This document shows positions 1-8,566 of a stretch of 40,251 nt of DNA, in pieces (positions within the stretch are counted from its first letter, which is position 1; each line of letters starts with the position of its first letter). The notes beneath the pieces are model-generated. The model had not been told where the DNA came from and made no database searches. It was given only the letters and a program-made list of their open reading frames with translations. The DNA is from Eubacteriales bacterium (lineage in GTDB: Bacteria; Bacillota; Clostridia; Oscillospirales; CAG-272), in NCBI GenBank assembly GCA_045660565.1, contig JAZRDX010000089.1:1-40251 (forward strand), given 5' to 3'. The position numbers and the translations under genes were made by a program.

Positions 1-78
1 CCGTTGACGACTGCATCGTAACCTTTGAGGTTATTGAGGAATGCAGAAGAAAATCTATGTTTTTGGAAACGGAGTAAA

Positions 79-1830
79 ATGAAAAAGAATAAGAAAAATA
101 TTGAATGCAAGACCGTTACAGATTACTTACGACCTTTTAAGCTTTACGTAGTACTCACCGTAACGGTTAAATTTATAGCTACCTTTGCCGAGCTTTTCCT
201 GCCCTCCACCCTTTCCTATATGGTGGACACGCTCGCTCCTGCAAAGGACGTTAAAAAGATGATTGTTTTCGGTCTTATAATGGTCTTTTGCTCACTTGTC
301 GCGCTTATAGGAAATATAACCGCGAACAGAATGGCGGCGAAAACGGCAAGTAAGATAACGCAGAAGCTAAGGCACGACGTGTACGTAAAGACTCTTTCGC
401 TTTCCTGCCAAAAGACCGACGAATTTACCGTTCCCACCCTTATTTCGAGACTTACCAGCGATACGTATAACCTACATAATATGCTCAGAATGGTACAGCA
501 GGGCGGCATAAGAGGACCTATAATCGTAATAGGCGGTATAATTATAACGTCCTTCCTTGACAAAGCCTTAACGCTTATTCTTGTCGCGCTTATGCCTGTC
601 GTTTTTACCATAATTTTCTTTATATCAAGAAAGGGTGTAAAGATATACGGAAACGTCCAGAAAACCTCGGATGAGATGGTTTCGGTGCTTCGTGAAAACA
701 TGGAGGGTGTACGCGTTATAAAGGCACTTTCCAAAACCGAATATGAGAGAGCTCGTTTTGCGGACGTAAACGAAAGAATATACAGAAACGACAGAAAAGC
801 GGGTATAACCACAGGTCTTTCCGGCCCCGTTATGAACGTCTTTTTAAACCTCGGCTTCTGCGCGGTTATACTTGCGGGTGCGTTCAGAGTTAATGCCGGA
901 AAAACTCAGCCGGGCGTCATTATTGCCTTTTTAAGCTATTTTACCCTTATACTTATGGCTATGATGATGATAAACAGAATTTTTATGCTTATAAGTAAGG
1001 GTGTTGCCTCGGGAAAAAGACTTAACGAGGTTCTTGCCGCTCCGTCCGATGATGATTTTACACCCGTAAGCGACGGAGAAGAGAATATCGCTTCCCCGTA
1101 TCACGTTTCCTTTGAAAACGTTACCTTTTCCTATCTGAAGAAAAGAAATAACCTTGAAAATCTTTCCTTTACTCTTAAAAAGGGAGAGACGCTCGGAATT
1201 ATCGGCTCGACCGGTTCGGGTAAAACAACAATAATCAATCTCCTGTTAAGATTTTATAAAGCCGACAGCGGTGAGATAAAAATAAACGGTAAAAGCGTTA
1301 ATGAGATACCGAGAAAAGAGCTTTATAAAATGTTTGGCTCAGCGCTTCAGACCGATTTTCTTATGTCGGATACCATAAAGGAAAATATACGCTTTGAAAG
1401 AGAAATTTCCGACGAGGAGATAACCTACGCCGCGGTAAATGCGCTTGCCGACGGATTTATAAAGGATAAGACCGATGGGTATGAGCATCTTCTTGACGTT
1501 AAAGCAGCTAATCTCAGCGGAGGACAGAAGCAGCGGCTTCTTATCGCGAGAGCTATTGCAGGAAAGCCCGATATACTGATACTTGACGACTCCTGTAGCG
1601 CGCTTGACTATAAGACCGACTCGCTTTTACGCGGAAATCTCGGAAAGGATTACGCGGAGAGCACTAAGATTTTGATTGCTCAGAGAGTAAGTACGGTTAT
1701 GAATGCCGATCTTATAATCGTAATGGACGACGGCGACGTTGTCGGTATAGGTAAGCACACCGCTCTTATGGAGAGCTGCGAGCTTTACCGTGAAACTGCA
1801 AACGCGCAGATGTCTGAGGGAAATAAGTAA
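79..1830 (+). CDS. ABC exporter half-transporter (TMD-NBD fusion); the partner carrying degenerate catalytic residues
   Basis: ORF 25..1830. I prefer the ATG at 79 (GGAG at 71-74) over the TTG at 25. Hydrophobic N-terminal half. Walker A GSTGSGKTT, signature LSGGQKQR. Walker B ILILDD is followed by S instead of the catalytic E. Switch loop reads IAQRVST (Q in place of H). Confidence 0.9.
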   Translation: MKKNKKNIECKTVTDYLRPFKLYVVLTVTVKFIATFAELFLPSTLSYMVDTLAPAKDVKKMIVFGLIMVFCSLVALIGNITANRMAAKTASKITQKLRHDVYVKTLSLSCQKTDEFTVPTLISRLTSDTYNLHNMLRMVQQGGIRGPIIVIGGIIITSFLDKALTLILVALMPVVFTIIFFISRKGVKIYGNVQKTSDEMVSVLRENMEGVRVIKALSKTEYERARFADVNERIYRNDRKAGITTGLSGPVMNVFLNLGFCAVILAGAFRVNAGKTQPGVIIAFLSYFTLILMAMMMINRIFMLISKGVASGKRLNEVLAAPSDDDFTPVSDGEENIASPYHVSFENVTFSYLKKRNNLENLSFTLKKGETLGIIGSTGSGKTTIINLLLRFYKADSGEIKINGKSVNEIPRKELYKMFGSALQTDFLMSDTIKENIRFEREISDEEITYAAVNALADGFIKDKTDGYEHLLDVKAANLSGGQKQRLLIARAIAGKPDILILDDSCSALDYKTDSLLRGNLGKDYAESTKILIAQRVSTVMNADLIIVMDDGDVVGIGKHTALMESCELYRETANAQMSEGNK

Positions 1831-1850
1831 AAAAGAAAGGAGAGGCGCCG

Positions 1851-3653
1851 ATGAATAAAGCAAATAACGTGCCGGACCGTTCCGGTAGAGGAGCATCTAT
1901 GGAAAAGCTCAGCTCCGAAAGAAAAAAGGCAGTTGTTTTCCGTCTATGGAAATATCTTAGCCAAATGCGTCTGCCCTTAATCATAATAGGCATAGTGGTT
2001 ATTACGAGTAACCTCTTTGCGCTTATCGGGCCGAAGCTTTCCGAGCCTGCGATAAACGCGATAAAGCCTGGAGCGGTTGATTTTGATACCGTTTTCTACT
2101 ACGTAAGTCTTATGGTTATCTTTTACGTTGCCTCTGCGGGACTTTCGTTTTTACAGTCCTTTCTTATGACGACGGTAAGTAAAAGAATCACCTTTAACAT
2201 ACGGCGCGACCTTTTTGAAAAGCTTTCGCGCCTGCCTGTAAAATTCTTCGACACGCATCAATCGGGTGAAATCATAAGCACAATGTCATACGACGTTGAT
2301 ACCGTAAGCGCATCTCTTTCGGCAGACCTTATAGCTATATGTACCGCGCTTATAACGGTTACGGGTTCGTTTATTATGATGCTCACCATTTCGAGAATCC
2401 TCGTTCTGGTGTTCGTTGTAACGATACCGATGTCGATTATATTTTCCCGTTACAGAGCAAAAAAGGGTAGACCGCTCTTCAGAGAGCGCTCGGGTAAGCT
2501 TGGGGCAATGAACGGCTTTGCCGAGGAATCTATAGGCGGATTTCGTACTATAAAGGCATACAACAAGGAAGCGGAGTTTACCGCGCGCTTTGACGTCAAA
2601 AACGACGCGGCAAGCGACGCATACCACCGCTCCGACAGACATTCCTGCATCGCGGGTCCGTCGGTTAACTTTATAAACAACCTCTCCCTTGCGTTCATCT
2701 CCTTTTTCGGCGCGCTTCTTTACCTTTATTCTCCCGAAACGCTGACGCTCGGAGCAATATCGTCATTCGTTCTTTATTCGAGAAAATTTTCGGGCCCGAT
2801 AAATGAGATCACTAATATATACAGTGAAATACAGTCAGCTCTTGCGGCGGGAGAGCGCGTTTTCCGTCTTATGGACGAAAAGGAGGACACCCCCGATAGA
2901 GAGAACGCGACCGACGCGCCTATAACCAAAGGAGAGATTGAGTTTCAGAACGTTAAATTCGGTTACACCGAGGATAAGGTTATAATCAAGGATTTCAGTT
3001 TAAAGGTATCACCGGGCAGCGTTATAGCGATAGTAGGGCATACGGGTGCCGGCAAAACCACGATAGTTAATCTGCTTATGAGATTTTACGACGTAAACGG
3101 CGGACGGATACTTATTGACGGGATTGACCTACGCGACAGAAAAAGAGATGAAATGCGAAAAGCGTTTACTATGGTGCTTCAGGACACCTGGCTCTTTAAC
3201 GGAAGCGTGTACGATAATATAGCTTACGGCAGTGAAAACGTAACAGAGGATGCGGTAAGAGCTGTTGCGGAAAGAGCGAAGATAAACGGGTTTATCGAGG
3301 CGCTTCCAAACGGCTATCATACCGAAATAACCGATAACGGAACAAATATCTCAAAGGGACAAAAGCAGCTGCTTACCATAGCGAGAGCGATGCTACCCAA
3401 AAGCGTAATACTGATACTTGACGAGGCAACCTCAAACGTAGACACGAGAACCGAGGCAAAGATAAGCGAGGCGATGTGTAAGCTTATGGAGGGTAAGACA
3501 TGCTTTGTTATCGCGCACAGGCTTTCTACGATACAGAATGCGGACCTTATTGTTGTAATGAAGGACGGAGAGGTGGCGGAAAGCGGAAAACACGAGGAGC
3601 TGCTAAGCAGAAACGGTGTTTACGCAGAGCTTTATTATTCGCAGTATAAATAA
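1851..3653 (+). CDS. ABC exporter half-transporter (TMD-NBD fusion); the partner with canonical catalytic residues and a non-canonical signature
   Basis: ATG at 1851 lies about 5 nt after AAGGAGAGG (1837-1845). Walker A GHTGAGKTT, Walker B ILILDEATS, switch IAHRLST. The signature reads ISKGQKQL instead of LSGGQ. Starts 20 nt after the previous gene, so probably co-transcribed. Confidence 0.9.
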   Translation: MNKANNVPDRSGRGASMEKLSSERKKAVVFRLWKYLSQMRLPLIIIGIVVITSNLFALIGPKLSEPAINAIKPGAVDFDTVFYYVSLMVIFYVASAGLSFLQSFLMTTVSKRITFNIRRDLFEKLSRLPVKFFDTHQSGEIISTMSYDVDTVSASLSADLIAICTALITVTGSFIMMLTISRILVLVFVVTIPMSIIFSRYRAKKGRPLFRERSGKLGAMNGFAEESIGGFRTIKAYNKEAEFTARFDVKNDAASDAYHRSDRHSCIAGPSVNFINNLSLAFISFFGALLYLYSPETLTLGAISSFVLYSRKFSGPINEITNIYSEIQSALAAGERVFRLMDEKEDTPDRENATDAPITKGEIEFQNVKFGYTEDKVIIKDFSLKVSPGSVIAIVGHTGAGKTTIVNLLMRFYDVNGGRILIDGIDLRDRKRDEMRKAFTMVLQDTWLFNGSVYDNIAYGSENVTEDAVRAVAERAKINGFIEALPNGYHTEITDNGTNISKGQKQLLTIARAMLPKSVILILDEATSNVDTRTEAKISEAMCKLMEGKTCFVIAHRLSTIQNADLIVVMKDGEVAESGKHEELLSRNGVYAELYYSQYK

Positions 3654-3656
3654 CAA

Positions 3657-3683
3657 AAACGGCGACATCGGTCGCCGTTTTTG
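3657..3683. terminator. Bidirectional intrinsic terminator between the convergent ABC operon and mazG
   Basis: Stem CGGCGAC (3660-3666) / GTCGCCG (3671-3677), loop ATCG. A-run on the left, TTTTT on the right. Confidence 0.8.
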
Positions 3684-3804
3684 TATTTCTGATTTCAAAC
3701 AAGTTATTCTGTACGCTCTCGCCACGCATCACAGTATGGCTACGGAGGCACTCCGGCGGTTATAGCCGCGTGTTACCTGCCGCGTGCTACCTGCCGTCTC
3801 CGCT

Positions 3805-4479
3805 TCACTCCGGGCGGTTGTCCGTACCGCGCACCTGTTCAATAAACGCATCGGAAAGATGACGCAGCACCGTCTCCGCGTTAACGTCAAGCTCCTCGCA
3901 CTTGTAGATAGCAGTGAGAAGCGCGTTTGCCGCTTCGCCCTCCGCTCCGCTTAAAAGGTTTTCGCTCGGTCTTACGTTTTCCTTTGCCGCCTTGTGTATA
4001 AGCTTCTGCGCTCTCATAAGAGCGGGGAGCGGCTTTGCTACGGAACTAAGCTTTTCGGAAAGACCGCTCTGAGATTTGGTCTCCGCCTTTATTTTGTCCC
4101 AGTTCTTTAAAACCTCAGCTGAATTTTTAACATTAACGTCTCCGAAAACGTGAGGGTGGCGTACTATCATTTTCCGGCATACTCCGGTTACTACGTCTCC
4201 GTAGTCAAACTCGCATGCATCGGATGAAATATCGGAATGAAAAACTATCTGAAGCAGCACGTCGCCAAGCTCCTCGCAGAGCATTTCGGGACTGTTCATT
4301 TCGATAGCCTCTACCGTTTCGTAGGTTTCTTCTATAAGACCGGGGATAATGCTTTCGTGTGTCTGCTCGGCATCCCACGGACAGCCGTCCTTTCCGCGGA
4401 GGATTTTTATAATAAGGAGAAGGTCCTCCGTGGTGAAACGTTCCTTAGCCTTTAACAGTTCTTTTTCATTTTCGTACAT
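3805..4479 (-). CDS. mazG: MazG-family nucleoside triphosphate pyrophosphohydrolase
   Basis: 224-aa ORF with MazG-type EExxE motifs (LIEETYETVEAIE, ELGDVLLQIVFH) and RHPHVFG. Confidence 0.8.
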   Translation of the reverse strand: MYENEKELLKAKERFTTEDLLLIIKILRGKDGCPWDAEQTHESIIPGLIEETYETVEAIEMNSPEMLCEELGDVLLQIVFHSDISSDACEFDYGDVVTGVCRKMIVRHPHVFGDVNVKNSAEVLKNWDKIKAETKSQSGLSEKLSSVAKPLPALMRAQKLIHKAAKENVRPSENLLSGAEGEAANALLTAIYKCEELDVNAETVLRHLSDAFIEQVRGTDNRPE

Positions 4480-4514
4480 AGTAATTTTTCCTTTTTATAT
4501 AGATTGATACAGTA

Positions 4515-4546
4515 AAGCGGATATGCTGAACATATCCGCTTTTTTC
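4515..4546. terminator. Hairpin plus T-run; canonical only when read on the plus strand
   Basis: 11-bp stem AAGCGGATATG (4515-4525) / CATATCCGCTT (4531-4541), then TTTT on the plus strand. On the minus strand, the direction of both flanking genes, the stem is followed only by UUUACUG. Confidence 0.5.
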
Positions 4547-4567
4547 TGCTTTTGTCTTTACAGTGAA

Positions 4568-5710
4568 TTAAAACGTTCCTCTGAATTCGGGCTTTAAAAC
4601 TCCGTTTTCATCAAGCTTTTCGACAAGCTTGTGGATCTTATCTACCTGATTTAAGAGCGGGCTTATGCTCTTGTTGGTGTGGAGAGTGCCGATAAGGAGG
4701 GCAACGTACTTGGACATATCAACGTCGGTGTACCATTCTCTTGCTCTCAGCTCGGGAGTTCTGTATATAAGGTTGGTGGTGAATATCTGGTCGATAGCTC
4801 CGTCTCTGTATGCCTTGTCAAGCTTCTTAAGTCCGTTACAGAAAAGTCCGAAGGATGCAAATACGAATACTCGTCTTGCGCCTCTGGATTTGAGCTGTCT
4901 TGCAACGTCGAGAATGGATTCTCCGGAGGAAATGATGTCGTCAACAATTATAACGTCCTTGTCTCTTACGCTCTTACCGAGGTACTGATGAGCCTTTATC
5001 GGGTTTTTACCGTCTTTAACAACCGTGTAGTCGCGACGCTTGTAGAATGTTCCAAGCTCGAGCTTTAAAACGGAGGAATAGTACATACAACGGTTCATTC
5101 CGCCCTCGTCGGGGGAAATCATCATAAGCTGTTCCTTGTTTATCGCAATGTCGGGATACTTCTTAAGAAGTGCCTTTATCATCTGATAGGTAGGGTGAAC
5201 GTTATCAAAGCTGCACATCGGGATAGCGTTCTGAATACCTATATTATGTATATCGAAGGAAATTATATTTTCAACGCCCATATTTGAGAGCTCCTGAAGG
5301 GAGATGGCGGCGTCAAGGGATTCACGAAGGGTGCGCTTATCCTGTCTGCCCTCGTAAATCATAGGCATAATTACGTTAATTCTGCGGCCTTTTCCCGCAA
5401 CAGAACAGATGACTCTCTTTAAGTCCTGGAAGTGGTCGTCAGGGCTCATCGGGTATTCTTTTTCGTACATTTTGAACTTTTCACCGTGGTTAAATACGTC
5501 TGCATATACGAAAATGTCGTGGTTACGCATAGAATCGTTTATAACGACCTTTGCCTCACCCGTACCGAAACGGATATACTGAGGATGAATTAAAGATGTT
5601 TCATCGCTTTCAGCCCACGTCTTAAGCCAACCGTCTACTTTGTTTAGAAATTCGTCGCAGCCTCTTGTTCCGATAATGCTGAGCTTGCCGCAAATTTGTT
5701 CCATTTCCAT
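4568..5710 (-). CDS. prs: Ribose-phosphate pyrophosphokinase-like protein (divergent, long form)
   Basis: 380 aa. Prs-like motifs are present but altered: EGRQDKR (canonical YARQDRK), FDIHNIGIQ (DLHAxQIQ), ISPDEGG, PRPP loop IIVDDIISSGES. GGAGG precedes the ATG. Confidence 0.75.
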   Translation of the reverse strand: MEMEQICGKLSIIGTRGCDEFLNKVDGWLKTWAESDETSLIHPQYIRFGTGEAKVVINDSMRNHDIFVYADVFNHGEKFKMYEKEYPMSPDDHFQDLKRVICSVAGKGRRINVIMPMIYEGRQDKRTLRESLDAAISLQELSNMGVENIISFDIHNIGIQNAIPMCSFDNVHPTYQMIKALLKKYPDIAINKEQLMMISPDEGGMNRCMYYSSVLKLELGTFYKRRDYTVVKDGKNPIKAHQYLGKSVRDKDVIIVDDIISSGESILDVARQLKSRGARRVFVFASFGLFCNGLKKLDKAYRDGAIDQIFTTNLIYRTPELRAREWYTDVDMSKYVALLIGTLHTNKSISPLLNQVDKIHKLVEKLDENGVLKPEFRGTF

Positions 5711-5754
5711 TGTTTTTTTCCTCCGAAAGATAGCAGAAAATATTTATATATTTT

Positions 5755-5783
5755 ATTATAACAAAAATAACAATATTTTTCAA
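5755..5783 (-). promoter_or_regulatory. SigA-type promoter for prs
   Basis: Minus strand reads TTGAAA, 17 nt, TATAAT, with TGT immediately upstream of the -10 (extended -10). About 45 nt upstream of the start codon. Confidence 0.7.
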
Positions 5784-5884
5784 CACTATTATAAATTTTT
5801 TAGAATAAAATTTTGTCGAAAAAAATACCTTGTTTTTGTGTATTTTTTATATTGACATTCAAAAAACAGCGTTTATAAACGGAA

Positions 5885-5934
5885 ATAAGCTGTCTTAGCG
5901 GCGGGCATAAACCGAAACCGCTAAAACAGCTTAT
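5885..5934 (-). terminator. Long hairpin downstream of rhaB (possible terminator)
   Basis: 17-bp stem 5885-5901 / 5918-5934 with one mismatch and a 16-nt loop. The trailing U-run on the minus strand is weak. Confidence 0.45.
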
Positions 5935-5942
5935 TATAAAAA

Positions 5943-7415
5943 TTATTTTGTAAGGGTAAGGAATTTTTCGTAGCCTGCGTCCCAAATTTCCTTGGTCTTT
6001 AAATTGGGCTCGAAGCACTTAACGTCAAAGGAGTCCTTAACCATCTGTCTTGCCTCGGTAAGGCTGCCGAGCTCTCCGAGCGCTATCGACTGAGATACGA
6101 GGTTTCCTATTGCGGTAGCCTCGCTCGGACCTGCGTAAACCGGTATTCCGCACGCGTCGGCGGTGTACTGACAGAGAAGAGTTTCTTTAGAACCGCCGCC
6201 GATAATGTTAATGAAGGGTGTTTTGATGCCCGACATATCCTCAATCTTTTTAAGCGTATTTCTGTAACGGAGCGCAAGGCTGTCGAATACGCAACGAACG
6301 AACTGTCCCTTGGTTTCGGGAACAGGCTGACCGGTCTTTTTGCAGTAGTCCGCAATACGTCCCGTCATATTTCCGGGGGGAGTAAAGATAACGTCGTCCG
6401 GATCGATTATGGAACGCATAGGCTCAGATGCGGCACCCATAGCGGCAAGATCGTCGTAAGAGGTCTTGTAGCCGTCCTGCTTTGCGAAATCTCTTCTGCA
6501 TTCGGTCTGTATCCAAAGTCCCATTATGTTCTTAAGGAAGCAGATTTTGCCCTCTGCGCCGCCCTCGTTAGTAAAGGTGTATTCAAGAGACTTGTCGGAA
6601 ATAACGGGGGAAGAAAGCTCGGTTCCCATAAGCGACCACGTTCCGGAGCTTATGTATACGAAATCCTTTTCGGTGGAGGGAACCGCCATTATAGCGGAAG
6701 CGGTGTCGTGAGACGCGACGGTGAATACGTCAGCGTCGGTACCGCCTACCTCTGCCTTAACGGAAGCGCTGAGCTTTCCTACCTTTGTTCCGGGGAGAAC
6801 GATGTCTCCGAAGATATGGGAGGGGATACCGAACTTTTCAAGAACGTCATACGCCCACTTGCCTGTTTTAGCATTAACAAGTGCGCCCGTTGTAGCGTTT
6901 GTGTATTCGTTTAACTTTACTCCGGTGAGGAAGTAGTTAAGAAGGTCGGGGATCATAAGCATTCTGTCCGCGGCGTCGAGAAGCCTCGGATTTGCCTTCA
7001 TTTCGGCAAGAAGCTGGTATACGGTATTGAAATTCATAAACTGAATTCCGGTTACCTTATACAGATCCTCCTTGCTCATATATTTTTCGGCGTACTCGAT
7101 CATACCGTCGGTACGGCTGTCGCGGTAGTTTATCGGACTTCCGATAAGGCGGCCGCTCTTGTCTATAAGACCGTAGTCGACACCCCAGGTATCTATTCCT
7201 ATACTTCTTATGTCTTGACCTGCGGCCTTAATGGAGGTTTTGATATTTTCGTAAATATCCATTATGTTCCACTGAAGTGTTCCGGCAATATAGGAGGAGT
7301 TGTCGTCAAAACGGTGATTTTCTTCAAGAGTGAGCTTTTTACCGTCAAAGCTACCTATTATACCTCTTCCGCTTGTTGCGCCGAGGTCGATAGCTAACAT
7401 TTTAAGATCTGACAT
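5943..7415 (-). CDS. rhaB: Rhamnulokinase (FGGY carbohydrate kinase)
   Basis: 490 aa with RhaB-type blocks: DLGATSGR, IGIDTWGVDYGL, YRDSRT, GIQFMNFNTVYQL, NEYTNATT, VASHDTASA, SSGTWSLMG, TNEGGAEGK..LKNIMGLW, FDSLALRY, GGGSKETLL. Confidence 0.85.
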   Translation of the reverse strand: MSDLKMLAIDLGATSGRGIIGSFDGKKLTLEENHRFDDNSSYIAGTLQWNIMDIYENIKTSIKAAGQDIRSIGIDTWGVDYGLIDKSGRLIGSPINYRDSRTDGMIEYAEKYMSKEDLYKVTGIQFMNFNTVYQLLAEMKANPRLLDAADRMLMIPDLLNYFLTGVKLNEYTNATTGALVNAKTGKWAYDVLEKFGIPSHIFGDIVLPGTKVGKLSASVKAEVGGTDADVFTVASHDTASAIMAVPSTEKDFVYISSGTWSLMGTELSSPVISDKSLEYTFTNEGGAEGKICFLKNIMGLWIQTECRRDFAKQDGYKTSYDDLAAMGAASEPMRSIIDPDDVIFTPPGNMTGRIADYCKKTGQPVPETKGQFVRCVFDSLALRYRNTLKKIEDMSGIKTPFINIIGGGSKETLLCQYTADACGIPVYAGPSEATAIGNLVSQSIALGELGSLTEARQMVKDSFDVKCFEPNLKTKEIWDAGYEKFLTLTK

Positions 7416-7502
7416 ATCGGTTCGTTCCTTTTTAAATTTTATTTTCGTTGGTGATTTTAAATCTTCAAGGTGAAAATTAAGCTCGTTTTAACATTTACCG
7501 AA

Positions 7503-8351
7503 TTATATTAAAGCCTTAAGAGCGTCAACAGCCGCGGTAAATGCCGCCTCGCTGGTAGGATAGCTGTCAACGATTTCTGATTTATTGTCCTTGTTTTCAA
7601 GGTCGCTGAGACCTGCAAAGACACGGAGGTGAGGCTCTATGGTAAGAGTCATTGTGCCGGGAAGCTTCTTAAGCTCGTTAAGAATTTCCGGAACGTGTCC
7701 GATACCCTTTCCTGCGGGGCAAACGGTCTTTCCGTCATCAAGGCAGTCCTTGATGTGCATGTAGTATATGTAATCCTTAAGCTGATTAAACGCATCGGGG
7801 TAGGTGGTAACACCGGACTGAACGAAGTTAGCGGGGTCGAATATGCACTTATATCCGCCGTTAAAGTACTTCATTATGTCTACGCAGCCCTCGGTCTTTT
7901 CACCGTAGATTCCCTTCTCGTTCTCATGGCAAAGAATTGCTCCGCCGGCGTTAGCCGCGTCAAGCATTCTGCTCATGTAGTCAAGAACCTGAGTTCTGTA
8001 AGGAGCGATGTTGTTGGTGTCCGGTACGAAGAAGGAGAAAACTCTGATTCTCGGTGTGCCGAGAATGTTTGCAAGCTCGCATACGTGCTTGGTAAGCTCG
8101 ATATGAGCGTCTATATCGTCGGTAAGCTTGATCTTTCCGAGAGGAGAGCCTATCGACCAAACGCCGAGACCGCTATCATCAAGCTGCTTTTTAACCTCTT
8201 TAGCCTCGTCTACGGTAAGGGTGGAGATGTTCTTGCCGTTAACGCCTCTGATTTCGGTGTATTTAACTCCGTTTTTAAGCATACCCTCTATCTGCTTTGA
8301 GAAGTCCTTGTTGTATTCGTCGGTAAATGCGCTGAGTTCGAAATTTGCCAT
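7503..8351 (-). CDS. Sugar phosphate isomerase/epimerase (xylose-isomerase-like TIM barrel)
   Basis: 282 aa. The overall pattern is typical of this family (HENE metal-binding block, IKD, and a distal TIEPH). First gene of a two-gene unit with rhaB. Confidence 0.65.
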   Translation of the reverse strand: MANFELSAFTDEYNKDFSKQIEGMLKNGVKYTEIRGVNGKNISTLTVDEAKEVKKQLDDSGLGVWSIGSPLGKIKLTDDIDAHIELTKHVCELANILGTPRIRVFSFFVPDTNNIAPYRTQVLDYMSRMLDAANAGGAILCHENEKGIYGEKTEGCVDIMKYFNGGYKCIFDPANFVQSGVTTYPDAFNQLKDYIYYMHIKDCLDDGKTVCPAGKGIGHVPEILNELKKLPGTMTLTIEPHLRVFAGLSDLENKDNKSEIVDSYPTSEAAFTAAVDALKALI

Positions 8352-8407
8352 GATTTTTTTCCTTTCATATTTAAATCTTTTAAGTTATTTTATTTTAAAT
8401 TTATTTT

Positions 8408-8436
8408 ATTATAACAGTGTTTTCTTTTTTTGTCAA
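8408..8436 (-). promoter_or_regulatory. SigA-type promoter for the isomerase-rhaB unit
   Basis: Minus strand reads TTGACA, 17 nt, TATAAT, with TGT giving an extended -10. Confidence 0.7.
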
Positions 8437-8517
8437 GGGAGTAAGCCTTGTTTATCAGCCTTTTCTTGTTTTTATCGCGACAAAAAAAGAAAATGACAGC
8501 TTTTGTTGTCGCTTTTG

Positions 8518-8540
8518 AAAAAGCTACGCGAAAGCTTTTT
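8518..8540. terminator. Small bidirectional terminator downstream of mutS2
   Basis: Stem AAAAAGCT (8518-8525) / AGCTTTTT (8533-8540) with a 7-nt loop. A-runs and T-runs on either side. Confidence 0.5.
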
Positions 8541-8566
8541 ATATCGCTACGTGCAAAAACGCACCC

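Noticed and set aside
25-78. N-terminal extensions proposed by the ORF track. Affected ORFs: 25..78 (ABC), 20064..20096 (phoH), 25348..25407 (phosphoesterase), 30882..30935 (membrane protein), 32428..32439 (tpiA) and 36090..36176 (GldG-like).
   Set aside because: In each case an internal ATG has a proper Shine-Dalgarno at 5-10 nt and gives the N-terminus expected for the family. Several of the upstream starts are TTG codons that overlap the RBS itself.
3767-3794. Short tandem repeats here and at 25290-25312 considered as CRISPR-like arrays.
   Set aside because: There are only 2-3 units, they are directly abutting with no spacers, the units are 8-14 bp, and there are no cas genes.
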